A DNA stretch of 60,784 nucleotides, filler included, from Globobulimina sp. (lineage: Eukaryota), in NCBI GenBank assembly GCA_003354225.1. It is 16 parts of 16 records of this genome, joined end to end, with 100 filler letters (N's around TTAATTAATTAA, not from the genome) between each part and the next. Parts side by side here need not be neighbours in the genome. Positions count along the whole stretch, not along the records: positions 45,679 to 49,380 come from PIVH01002235.1; positions 49,481 to 53,182 come from PIVH01002236.1; positions 53,283 to 56,983 come from PIVH01002237.1; positions 57,084 to 60,784 come from PIVH01002238.1; 12 more parts are not named here. One strand, written 5' to 3'. This document shows positions 48,901 to 59,483 of this stretch, in pieces. The number at the start of each line of letters is the position of its first letter. Position 1 is the first letter of the stretch. The position numbers and the translations under genes are program-made. The notes below the pieces were generated by a model, which saw nothing but the letters and a program-made list of their open reading frames with translations, made no database searches and was not told the origin of the DNA.

Positions 48901-49380
48901 TTTTGTAGTGGATGTTGTGGTTAATTTTCCTTTCATTACTATGGTTTTATTTTATTTATTTTCTAATTTCGAATATTTATCGCATTTATCATATTTTAGT
49001 CAGTGGTGTTGGGTTTTGCTTGCAATGTATTTTGTGATTGAAAGTGTGATATTTATGGTAAGGAGTGATATGTATCGAGATGGCCTCGAATTGGCATGGT
49101 TTCTTTTATATTTTGTGAGGAATCCAATAATGTTACTGATATGTAGCATTGCCATGTATTCTTTGGGTATTCGATATGCTGGCGCCCCGTTAGGATTTTT
49201 TTTCATGTCTGTATTTCCGAATGGTTTTTTAGGTGCCATATTCATTGCTGTTGAGAATGATAATAATAAGCTCAGTGCAGCATTCGGTGTACAAGTTATA
49301 GATTTGTTGATTATTAATGGTGCATTTGGTGCATGTTCTGTTCATTGTTATAACAATTTGGATTGTCCCCGCTCAAACAA
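45989..49380 (+). CDS. Large polytopic membrane protein with ~200-aa internal repeats and one in-frame TAA (47975-47977), 3'-partial
   Basis: ORFs 45989-47977 and 47981+ share a frame. The unit D..F...N..HYI..KW....IIES recurs. A near-identical ~60-nt block lies at about 47525 and 48158. Confidence 0.65.
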
Positions 49381-49480
49381 NNNNNNNNNNNNNNNNNNNN
49401 NNNNNNNNNNNNNNNNNNNNNNNNTTAATTAATTAANNNNNNNNNNNNNNNNNNNNNNNNNNNNNNNNNNNNNNNNNNNN

Positions 49481-51790
49481 ATCCGAGGGCCAAACCCCGA
49501 CTATGAACAAGCCATATTAGTGATTTATCAAAATGCGGTGTCGGATCATCCGATCCATCGATTGGTTATTTCGCAGTTAATCCCAGCAACAGAAATTGAT
49601 GCAAAAGAAAGAACGGTCCTGAAATTGACGCCAATATCAGGAACCCGAACAGAATCATTATTAATGGATTTAAATTGGAATGTCCCGTATCCGAGATATG
49701 GCAGAAACGCTATACAGATTATTTATAATGGCAAGCAATTAGAATGGCGACCGACACAAATGTGTTTATTAAATGTACCGATCAATATATTGAACAATAA
49801 TACGTTGAGCAGAATGTTGCAGCATAAAGTAACAGCCGCTGTGAATTCAACGTGTATCATATACACAATTATTAAAGCAATGCAAAATGGCTATGATGTG
49901 ATGCAGATTGATTATAAACCGTTGGTAATGGGATTGATTAAACCGAATGAGATCAGAATGGAACGAATTGCCGCTGCAGACATTGAATTAATTAAATTGA
50001 AGAAAAATAAAGAGAATTCGCCGATGGATGAAGACAAAAATGATTTATCAGATGAGAATGACGAAGATCTATCGGATGCGGACCTATGGTATAAACATGA
50101 ATTGGAAGAGATTGAAATTAAACATTTAAATATGATCCAATTAATCGAGAAGAATATGGTGAAAATGACGGATATTATTAATGCGAATAAATTGCAGACG
50201 AGACGTTGGTGCCAGGCGGCTCTATTTCAGCTACAAAATGAAACTGGCGGTGACTTGGCAAAGCCAACTTGGATAACTCCGATTGGATGGAAGCGAATGT
50301 TACGATTGATAGTGGCAGATAATTGCATTCAAAGTGTGGAGAAAGCGTTTCGCTCCGATCTGATTTATGAAGATAGAAACGTTTATATCACTCCGTTTAC
50401 GATAAGCGGGACAAATCCGAAATTATTAGTGGGCGATGAAAAAAGTGGTATCCCATCGATGTTATTCCGATTTGGCACCATTACAAAATATGTATTATTA
50501 TTTAGACGAAATTTCTATTATGATTTTATCGCAACGGCCTATACGTGTGCCTGTGGCAAGAAATATTCTGGCCATAAAGGCAAATGCCCGGAGCAGGCAA
50601 ATTATATTCGGAAGAAAGCAAATTCGATCAAACAAAGATGGAAAGATGGAAAGATCACAGAGAAACAAATGAGAAAAGAAATGGCAAAGATCAAAGGTAT
50701 TAAATGTATAAATTGCGCCATCTGGGGACATTGTATTAGTGGCTGCAAATGTGACGTCTCGCGGTGTTTATGCTGCTATAAAACCGGCCATATCCGCTCT
50801 TTAAATCCGATGGTTTGCGAGGACGCGGCGATATTAATTAATTTATTTACAAATTTGCATAATATTAATGCCAATTGGAATGATGTGGATTTTACGAATA
50901 TCGCGCATTATAAATTGGTCAATTGCACAGTAAATAGAAATTTAGTCCTATCGGACTTGTATAAAACAATTGATTCCAACACAAATACCAACCAACGAAC
51001 TGCCTTAAACACAAATAATATGACTGCGCCAAACACGAATGCCGAGACCTTCCGCGATGCCGTCCAACCAATAGAAAGAAGAACAAATCAGAATAAAAGG
51101 CGCAATCACAATAAAAACACCAATACAAATTCATCCAAGACGGAAATGGAGACGTTATTGCATACCGACGTTGAGTTATTGAGCCATGGCCTAATTGATG
51201 CGGACTTTGATGAGGAATCAGATCTTGAATTTGAAGAAAAAAAGACAATTGATGCCGATTTAGATGATGAAATTGTTGCGGATTTGGGACCCACGAATAA
51301 TCCGTATATTGATATTAATTTTTTACAGAAGATCCGAGATTGCCAGAATGCAAATAATCAAATAACTGCGATGGAGTCTGACCATCAACAAATTCCCAAT
51401 AATAATCCCAACAAAAACCATAATAATAACCCCAACAACAACTCCAACACGACTAATGTTAATAACTCCACAGTGCCCCAAACCTACACTTTCAGCGACC
51501 TCTCAACACCCTCGACTCCACAAAAAAAGAACCGTAAACCTCAGCCGCCATCGTCACTACATTCAGTCACAGTGTCCCCATCGATGCCAAAGTATACGAA
51601 GAATCGAAGCAATGAGGCGGAAACCTTTCATGTGAATATAATCGATGATAAATTGACGAAGGCAGGAACCAGAAAAGCCATTGTTAATAAATTACCATTT
51701 CCTGCTATTAGACGAACAAAAGACAAAGCTCGAAGATATAAAAAAGTGACCCGTGGCGACGCAACCAATGATGATAAAAAAGAAGAATAA
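49481..51790 (+). CDS. LINE ORF1/Gag-like protein with zinc knuckles, 5'-partial
   Basis: CACGKKYSGHKGKC, CINCAIWGHCISGC (CX2CX4HX4C) and CLCCYKTGH..C, then an Asn-rich tail. Confidence 0.75.
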   Translation: MRGPNPDYEQAILVIYQNAVSDHPIHRLVISQLIPATEIDAKERTVLKLTPISGTRTESLLMDLNWNVPYPRYGRNAIQIIYNGKQLEWRPTQMCLLNVPINILNNNTLSRMLQHKVTAAVNSTCIIYTIIKAMQNGYDVMQIDYKPLVMGLIKPNEIRMERIAAADIELIKLKKNKENSPMDEDKNDLSDENDEDLSDADLWYKHELEEIEIKHLNMIQLIEKNMVKMTDIINANKLQTRRWCQAALFQLQNETGGDLAKPTWITPIGWKRMLRLIVADNCIQSVEKAFRSDLIYEDRNVYITPFTISGTNPKLLVGDEKSGIPSMLFRFGTITKYVLLFRRNFYYDFIATAYTCACGKKYSGHKGKCPEQANYIRKKANSIKQRWKDGKITEKQMRKEMAKIKGIKCINCAIWGHCISGCKCDVSRCLCCYKTGHIRSLNPMVCEDAAILINLFTNLHNINANWNDVDFTNIAHYKLVNCTVNRNLVLSDLYKTIDSNTNTNQRTALNTNNMTAPNTNAETFRDAVQPIERRTNQNKRRNHNKNTNTNSSKTEMETLLHTDVELLSHGLIDADFDEESDLEFEEKKTIDADLDDEIVADLGPTNNPYIDINFLQKIRDCQNANNQITAMESDHQQIPNNNPNKNHNNNPNNNSNTTNVNNSTVPQTYTFSDLSTPSTPQKKNRKPQPPSSLHSVTVSPSMPKYTKNRSNEAETFHVNIIDDKLTKAGTRKAIVNKLPFPAIRRTKDKARRYKKVTRGDATNDDKKEE

Positions 51791-52218
51791 CCAGCAAATA
51801 ATAAATAACCAACCAAATTGCAATGACTTTACCGCTGTGTATATTATAATTGAATCGCAAAAAGCCAGAGACCATCTTATATTTACAGACTTGCATAATG
51901 AATATTATTCTCATTGCAATCTGTTTTCTAATATAAAATACTCTACTTTGTATCGAACAAATTTCTTTTTTAATCCATGCAATTATCCCATTTTAATTAA
52001 TTCAATTCAATTATTAACTCCTTGTCTGTTCAGTGGTGCCCATTCAATTGAAATAAAAAAGTTGTCAGTCGCAAAAACTGTTTTGTTTAAACTGGCACAG
52101 AACGACAAACAGTGGCAGATAAATTACACAATAAAAATGACGCCAAACACACTAACTTTCAAGCACATAAATAACAAAATCATATACAAACAAATAAACA
52201 CAATACACAATCCCCGAT

Positions 52219-53103
52219 ATGGTAAGCTATAATATCTTACAATTTAACATTGCCGGATTAGTAAATCCGTCAAATATGTCTCAAGAAGACAAATGCAGGA
52301 AATTGAACAAAATACTAGTCTCTAAACAGATTGATTTCCTATTGCTCCAAGAATGGAGCGCCACCCTCCGATATCCAATAAACCCGACACAACATCACTA
52401 CATTGACAAAAATAATGCTAAACATCCGTTGAAATTCCCAATTCAGTACTTCCCGAATTATAAAGTCCATCACGTTGGCACTGAGACTGCAATTCTATAT
52501 CGAAATGTCCTCAATGTCACCCCTTTAGATCCCCCACCAAACTATGACCAATCCGATCGCACAAAAAACTGCCATATAACAAGTGTGATATTGCATAGTG
52601 GCGAGAGGGATATCGGAGTGCATTCACTATATAATTGTCCACGAAACCCAAATATAGACCAAATGTTTAATTATCCATTCATTGTTGATGACAATGTAAT
52701 CGCTGGCGATTTCAATATACCGAATGTGATTTGGGGCAGCTCCCGATCAACCACTGAATCTACCAACTTTGTAGACGGTGTAAATTTCCTTGAAATGCAA
52801 ATACTAAATGTAAATAATCCATCATTTACCCATGTCCATAAATCCTATGACACCAAATCCTGTATCGACTTGACAATATTATCTAATAACATTAAATACA
52901 CGAAATGGAATATAATGCACTCCATGTATGCTGCAAATTGGTCCGATCATATCCCAATTCTTACTTCCTTCGAAGTCGCGCACTCATTCGGCTTCGAGGA
53001 AACGAAGAAAACTTGGAACTTATCTGACTCACGAAAGTGGGCAAAATACTCAGATCTCCTTGAATCCGAGGGCCAAACCCCGACTATGAACAAGCCATAT
53101 TAG
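52219..53103 (+). CDS. LINE ORF2 apurinic-like endonuclease domain, truncated before RT
   Basis: ILQFNIAGL, LLLQE, AGDFN..WGS, SCIDL and SDHIPI motifs. Confidence 0.88.
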   Translation: MVSYNILQFNIAGLVNPSNMSQEDKCRKLNKILVSKQIDFLLLQEWSATLRYPINPTQHHYIDKNNAKHPLKFPIQYFPNYKVHHVGTETAILYRNVLNVTPLDPPPNYDQSDRTKNCHITSVILHSGERDIGVHSLYNCPRNPNIDQMFNYPFIVDDNVIAGDFNIPNVIWGSSRSTTESTNFVDGVNFLEMQILNVNNPSFTHVHKSYDTKSCIDLTILSNNIKYTKWNIMHSMYAANWSDHIPILTSFEVAHSFGFEETKKTWNLSDSRKWAKYSDLLESEGQTPTMNKPY

Positions 53104-53527
53104 TGATTTATCAAAATGCGGTGTCGGATCATCCGATCCATCGATTGGTTATTTCGCAGTTAATCCCAGCAACAGAAATTGANNNNNNNNNNNNNNNNNN
53201 NNNNNNNNNNNNNNNNNNNNNNNNNNTTAATTAATTAANNNNNNNNNNNNNNNNNNNNNNNNNNNNNNNNNNNNNNNNNNNNAGGAAAACTCTAATCGAA
53301 GTCAATCACCGTTTAATGTAACATCAAATAAAAAAAATGCGTAGTGGTAATAGTATTTTATTACAAAAACGTATCCATTATCATATGCATGCTGTTAATT
53401 AATGCCTGTTATAAATAGTAATAACAAAATGTATCTGTAAATTCAGTGACATGCGGTATGAACTATGAATATTATTTAATAAATATTATGGGTACAATTG
53501 CAAACACAGAAGAGAAGAAATATATTT

Positions 53528-55609
53528 TTAGTTTGTAATAATTAAAGACGAAATTGTCCGTAACAATAAAGCAAAATTTCGTTTTGTTGCATCTTTGAAA
53601 CAATCGGAATAATATTGATGTAATACGTTAATAATGGCAGTCCGAAACAGTTTGAAAATATTAGTATTTACTTGGTATTCTGCAACGAACGCGATACATT
53701 CTTGTAAATCGTTATCGTTTTGAAATGATACAAAATCGACAATTATATGTTGGTGGTTTTCATTGTTTTCATTGAGTTGAAATGGTTGCATATAACGAGA
53801 ATATGTCTCAATTTTGCGGAATAAATTAATATCTAAAAAATCAATAATATTTATATTTTTATTAATTTCTGACAATAAATGCTTGATAATATTTATATTT
53901 GCATCTGATGATAAAATAGATATATTTTCGTATATTTTATCAGATAATTTTTGTTTATGTTTGGTTGATTCAAATCGAATATTTGATTTCCAAAATATCA
54001 GCGATGAATTTACATTTTGATGCATTTTTCTTTGCGGTGACATTATCGGTGAATTATAATTAAGGGAGAAATCATTCAATTCATTAAAATGGAAAATATT
54101 CCGCGGAGATGATATCGAATGTGTTCTTGTTGTAAATGACAAAGATGTATTATTGTCATTGTTTGGTAATAATTCATTGAGAAACAAATTGAATACAAAA
54201 TCGATACATTCTTCAATTTCTTCATCAATTACACACACTTTTGATTGGTGCAACGTTTGTTTATTTTTGATATAAAAATTATTATTATTAACACATGATT
54301 CTTTGAATGCAAATAACAACGGTTGTAATATATTTCTATCAATACCCATTCTGTCATAGCTTCTCTTTGTATTTCGTAAATGAATAAATAATTTTTTTGG
54401 TTTGTTGAATTTCAAAAATAATATCAAATAATTAAGCCATGATATAATTCCAATAGAAAACGTCGCTACGAATGAATCATTCGAATGAAATTGCTCTAAA
54501 ACAACCGCATCCGTATCATCGCGAAGTTGAGGTTTTCTACTTAAGACTGAAGCTGATCTTGATACGCATCGTGGCTCTGTCTCTAACACGATATTATTTG
54601 CAGTTTGAATAGATAGTGATGACGTTGTATTATTTTCAGATACCACAGAATCGCAATAAAAATCACAAGCATCATCCTGTAGTTTTTTAATCATAAATGA
54701 ATATATTGTCAGTGAAAACAACTGTTTTTCTGTATCAGTCATTGATGCCATCACATTGACCTCCCAAAAATGCAGAAATGTTTCAACCAATTCTCTGTTT
54801 GCAATTAATGAGTGAAGTTTATCATTTTGATTGCTTGTATTTAATATATTTTGTACCTCGCATAAATTCTGCTGCATCATCAGAGCTCTTGTAATTTCAA
54901 AAAAAATTCTTAACCCACCTCTTGCTGACAACGTAAATGGTGCAATATTTGAATGTTTAGTTTTTGTTATTTCATCCAATGATTTTTCCAATGCATTACA
55001 TGATTCATCAAACATACTTTCATCAATACCAAGTTGCAAATGAACCACATAATATTCGCTAAACTTTTCCATTATTTTGATTGCTTCATTTTTATTGTCT
55101 GCATTCAGAATATCTCCGTGCTGTTGGTACATGGCCAAACAATCATAAATCTCTTTTAATTTTATAATAGTTGTATTTATTTGATTTAATATAAATTCAC
55201 CAGACTTTGATAGATTAGATCTATCGAAAAAACCTTCACCATTTTGCGTGATAAATGTATTTGATAAATTTAGACAAAATAAGGAACAGAATGACAAATA
55301 TTCATTTTGCGGAAGCTGTTGTAATTTGTCCCAAATTTCAAAGAATGGTTTTAGTTCACCTTCGAATGCCGAGAATGAATGCAATTGTTCAGTTTGATAA
55401 TCGTATAAAACATCGCTGGTTAAATCAGATTTATCGGAATAACCAATGTCAGCACCAGTACTTGATAAAAATGTCGGTGAATGGAGCATGTGATTTGTGT
55501 TTGCTTTCGAAGATTTTGATGGTAAAAGTGTCAATTGTCTGCGGTTTCTGCCTTTCACAGAATCTGGGCCGCAACCACAAAAAAAATAAAATGATTGAGA
55601 AGTGCCCAT
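53528..55609 (-). CDS. N-myristoylated protein with three globin-like domains
   Basis: MGTSQS N-terminus. Three segments each run from a helix-A-like Trp to an F/G-helix-like motif (HLQLGIDESMF, YDRMGIDRNIL, EYQVNTNIFKLF). Confidence 0.55.
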   Translation of the reverse strand: MGTSQSFYFFCGCGPDSVKGRNRRQLTLLPSKSSKANTNHMLHSPTFLSSTGADIGYSDKSDLTSDVLYDYQTEQLHSFSAFEGELKPFFEIWDKLQQLPQNEYLSFCSLFCLNLSNTFITQNGEGFFDRSNLSKSGEFILNQINTTIIKLKEIYDCLAMYQQHGDILNADNKNEAIKIMEKFSEYYVVHLQLGIDESMFDESCNALEKSLDEITKTKHSNIAPFTLSARGGLRIFFEITRALMMQQNLCEVQNILNTSNQNDKLHSLIANRELVETFLHFWEVNVMASMTDTEKQLFSLTIYSFMIKKLQDDACDFYCDSVVSENNTTSSLSIQTANNIVLETEPRCVSRSASVLSRKPQLRDDTDAVVLEQFHSNDSFVATFSIGIISWLNYLILFLKFNKPKKLFIHLRNTKRSYDRMGIDRNILQPLLFAFKESCVNNNNFYIKNKQTLHQSKVCVIDEEIEECIDFVFNLFLNELLPNNDNNTSLSFTTRTHSISSPRNIFHFNELNDFSLNYNSPIMSPQRKMHQNVNSSLIFWKSNIRFESTKHKQKLSDKIYENISILSSDANINIIKHLLSEINKNINIIDFLDINLFRKIETYSRYMQPFQLNENNENHQHIIVDFVSFQNDNDLQECIAFVAEYQVNTNIFKLFRTAIINVLHQYYSDCFKDATKRNFALLLRTISSLIITN

Positions 55610-56326
55610 TTTTTGTTTTCACATTTGATGCACGAATTGATAGCATAATTACCATTGAATTATGAGAACTATAAAACGCATATTATATTTTATAAATTAT
55701 AAAAATATCCCTTATCTTGCATATACTGCTTTCACTAAGCAATCTGGAGTAGACTGTCACTCGTCTGATGTTTGGACAATTTTACACTTCACTCTCTAGT
55801 GCATAGAGCTTTTAGTAGCACACTTTTTTTGGTGACATGAACGTAGGTAGCAGATTACTTACGATATAATAACCAAATAACAACAATATGTGATACAAAC
55901 TGACCATACAAAATTAGAATGTAACTGACCATCTGGCTCTTGTGCTAAAATAGTAAATTGTGATCCATCATAATATAATGTATTTGCACATGCAGTACAC
56001 ACAAATAATTACGATATATTTATTACTGTCCTTATAACTAATGTCCCAAATTTTATTACACATTTCATATTTTGTTCAAAAAATTCTCCATTTTATGACC
56101 TCTCAAACTGCAAATTTTCACCACAAATAACATAAAAATTGCGCCAAAATTGACAAAATAGGTTCAAAATTGACCTTTTTCCAACATATCAAATGCCCGT
56201 GTGTCAAAACTTAATATTACACTTTGTACAACTCAAAAACCATTTTTTTATTGACAAACAACAACAACAACAAAATGTTTTTTACTAATCAATAAACGGA
56301 GTCCTCCGCAAGCTCCGGCCACCGAA

Positions 56327-56983
56327 TTATCCAACATATGGATTTGGTTTAATTTGTCCACCATTTACACACTTTGTTATTGTTGGTTTGTTATTTAATG
56401 ATTTAATCCTTATTCGACCATATCCTCCTTCTCCAACACCACTTATATTGTCTTTCCCACCACATGCATGGATGCAACAATTTTGTATATCATGTACATT
56501 CATAATAAAATCTTTACAAATTATAAATATTGATCCTCCACTTCCACCACCACTCATACTATACGCACTAACACCACCATTTACTAATACCATTCCATGA
56601 TTTTCAAATGTTTCACATTCAATTCTTAGAGCACCACCTCCTGCTCCTACACCCCAACCATCACCACCACCACCACCACCGCTTCCTAAATGCAAAATGC
56701 TTAATTCTTTATCTCCATATGTTTGGCCACCACACTCACCACGTCCAGCAGTGCCATAACCACCTCCTCCTCCATAAACACCACCACCTCTTCCATAAAA
56801 ACCACCACCACCACCACCTAAATTATGTTGGCTTTGTTCCACTGATGGTCTGTTATATGATTCTCCCGTCCAACCGCCGTGTTTACCGCCTCGATATCCT
56901 TTTGCAATCAAATCTATTTTTGCTCCTTTTTTTATTATGAAATCTGACAATGATTTTATTAAAAGCCGGCCTCCTTTCTTTTC
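56327..56983 (-). CDS. Glycine-rich repeat protein, 5'-partial
   Basis: KGYRGG, GGGGGYGT, HLGSGGG, GGGSGGSIFI and GGYGRIRI motifs. Confidence 0.75.
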   Translation of the reverse strand, partial: EKKGGRLLIKSLSDFIIKKGAKIDLIAKGYRGGKHGGWTGESYNRPSVEQSQHNLGGGGGGFYGRGGGVYGGGGGYGTAGRGECGGQTYGDKELSILHLGSGGGGGGDGWGVGAGGGALRIECETFENHGMVLVNGGVSAYSMSGGGSGGSIFIICKDFIMNVHDIQNCCIHACGGKDNISGVGEGGYGRIRIKSLNNKPTITKCVNGGQIKPNPYVG

Positions 56984-57083
56984 NNNNNNNNNNNNNNNNN
57001 NNNNNNNNNNNNNNNNNNNNNNNNNNNTTAATTAATTAANNNNNNNNNNNNNNNNNNNNNNNNNNNNNNNNNNNNNNNNNNNN

Positions 57084-57758
57084 ATTCAATAAGGAGGGTA
57101 TTGATGACAATAATGCTTTGACTTGAATTTTCAATCCAGGAACAGATGAAATTGCCTTTAATGGTTTCAGTAATCTTATACTGCGCAAAGCATTGATATT
57201 TGATGAATGAATGAATATATTCAACCAGCCACCTATTACAACAATAATATCTAAAATGTTCCATGGAGATCTTAGGTATGAATAAGGACCGGCAAATAAT
57301 AGGCCCCAAGCTACCATTTTCATTATCATTTCTATGCTATACAATATATCGAATGCTAATTCAATATAAAATAAAAAGTGTGCTTTACATGAATGCGTAG
57401 TCGAATTGTCATCCATTGCTAAAAATACACAATTCATTACAATACAAACTAGGATAAATCTATCAAATAACTCATTTTCTGTAATTAATAAAGATAAGCG
57501 TCGTAAAATATGTGTTGGTTCAAATATGTACAATGAGCGGTGTGTAAACGGTTTGATTCTTTCAGTTGCGAGATCTGCGTGTTTGTTCCAGATCTTTTTT
57601 GGGTTTGGAAGTTTGTCAGAAAACAATGGGATTAATCTCGAATATTGTCTGTTTGGCGAAAGTACTGTTGGTGAACTTGGTAAAACTGCTGCGTGTTCTC
57701 TCTCATTTGCATTGTTATTAGATTCATGGTCATCACTTTTATTATTTTGCAGTTGCAT
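57084..57758 (-). CDS. Voltage-gated Ca2+/Na+ channel alpha subunit, domain I fragment, 3'-partial
   Basis: RSLYIF, FDRFILVCIVMNCVFLA, SYLRSPWNILD and S4 ALRSIRLLKPLK. Confidence 0.88.
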
Positions 57759-58254
57759 TGCGATTGCATTATTTGATTTGAATATTATGACGAAATATTT
57801 AGCTCATTGCATATCATAATTTGTATTTGTCTGTGGTTGGATCTGTGGTTAATTGCAATTGGTATTTGTGTGAAGTCCAATGGTACAGATTCTGGACAAA
57901 CCCCAATACATTTATAATTAGATGATGATGCCGAGGTATCAATATACCCCAACTTACGCATGCTTTGTCAAGATCACATTGCAATTCACAACGTGATCTG
58001 CTTTAACCACTGTGACTTGTCAGTGAACTTAACACGGTGGGACTGGGACTGCCTAAATTTCAAAAATGTGGACGTTTCATATGTTAAAATGATGGGACGT
58101 GCCCGAAAGAACGTAACAAAGTGATGTTTGAACATTGCTGCTATGTATTATTATTATTAGTGAGCAGTAGATTTGGTAAAATATGTAATCAATTCCGATA
58201 GCATTTGTATATGTGTTGATGCGGAAGTATTTATATTTGTTTCTTGAGTATTAT

Positions 58255-59194
58255 TGGCTCGATCGTAAAAAATTCCTGACCCATTAAATTATCTCCTCTC
58301 CATTTCTTCTCATTTCAATAAATTGGGGTTATCAATAAATATCACAATTCCCTCTCAATATATTGGGGTTATCAATAAATATCACAATTCCCCACACCGT
58401 ATCATCTGTTGCTTCAACAATTATTTTATTTTGTGTCTCCAACAATAAATATTTTAACTCTTGATTTTGTTGAAATTTTTCCAATGTTGCTTTCCACATT
58501 AACTTATCACCATATTCTCTCCAAACATCCACATCAAAATTTTTACATTTTCGAATTCCTGTTTTTGGTGCTTTATGATCATACGTTTTATGAGGGGTTG
58601 CATCAAACGATGAATTCAATAAAGTTTTATATCTTTCATTATCACCAAATATTTTGGCTTGTTGCGCTAATACATATTGAGCCACATTCCTATACTCAAA
58701 ACCATCAATTTTGAATTTACAATGATAATAACTCGATAACCATACAGTTCTAGCAAAGAATACATAGTTTTGAATATATTTAATGCCTCTTTTTCGTTGA
58801 TAATTATTCTTGTTTTTATTATTAAATCCATTATTTATTTTCCATAGCGCTCCAGCACCCTGACTTTTACCTGTCATATGTCGTTAATATTTAATGAAAA
58901 ACAAATATTAATTAAACAAGAAAATAAGAATACAAAAATACCTTTCATTGCTAATTGTCCTTCAACCCTAAATTCTAAACAATACTTATATTTGTTATCT
59001 ATAATATAAATATTGCTCATTCTGCCCTCATTCCATGATTTTGTTAAAGCTGCATTAGAAACGAATTTTTTGTCCCATAAACTGGAATGAAATCCCCATT
59101 CTAATCCATTATCTATTAAATGTTGCAACTCTTGAATAGTTTCACGAATTTCTGGAACTGATAGATGCGAATCATGCAAAAGGTAACTGAACAC
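58255..59194 (-). pseudogene. NADAR/YbiA-family N-glycosidase-like gene with frameshifted C-terminus
   Basis: WLSSYY..F..DG, KF.QN..LK..LL.T and VEA..D.VWG motifs. The WRGDNLMG motif lies in another frame after a 40-bp tandem duplication. Intron 58871-58941. Confidence 0.6.
58314..58391. repeat. 40-bp tandem duplication
   Basis: ttggggttatcaataaatatcacaattccc at 58323 and 58363. Confidence 0.9.
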
Positions 59195-59483
59195 AGAAAA
59201 AATGGTATTTAAAACATCAGAATCGAAGAAAACGTAAATACCATTTTTTAGTTAGAATTGCGGCAAAATACAAGTGGTTATTTAAAATTCAACAATTTAA
59301 ATTCGACAAAAAGAACATTTAATTTTAATTTTTTTATGTTTAATACATTGAATTATGGAATTATGGATCCTATAATTAACTGATTCCGATAATTATCTAT
59401 TAATTAATAAATAACAACAACAACAACAAAGAAACACAGACCGTATTATACAATTCCACAAAACAGGGAAATTAAAAAAAAGA

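Larger units (their letters stand above)
49481..53182 (+). mobile_element. Non-LTR (LINE-type, APE) retrotransposon fragment on a terminally redundant contig
   Basis: ORF1 with CCHC knuckles followed by ORF2 with an APE endonuclease. 49481-49599 is identical to 53064-53182 (119 bp). Confidence 0.85.

Noticed and set aside
49481-49599. 119-bp terminal repeats as LTRs
   Set aside because: The repeat lies inside ORF1 coding sequence and exactly at the contig ends. It lacks TG..CA, PBS and PPT, and the element is APE-type non-LTR.
51753-52232. 159-aa ORF between LINE ORF1 and ORF2 as a third gene
   Set aside because: AT-rich spacer with no motif. It cannot be supported as coding from sequence alone.
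3712-57083. Regularly spaced TTAATTAATTAA palindromes about every 3.8 kb (possible array, telomere or nanochromosome signal)
   Set aside because: They are embedded in fixed N runs, genes are cut at them and contigs are length-sorted. This is an artificial linker, so cross-spacer gene neighbourhoods are meaningless.
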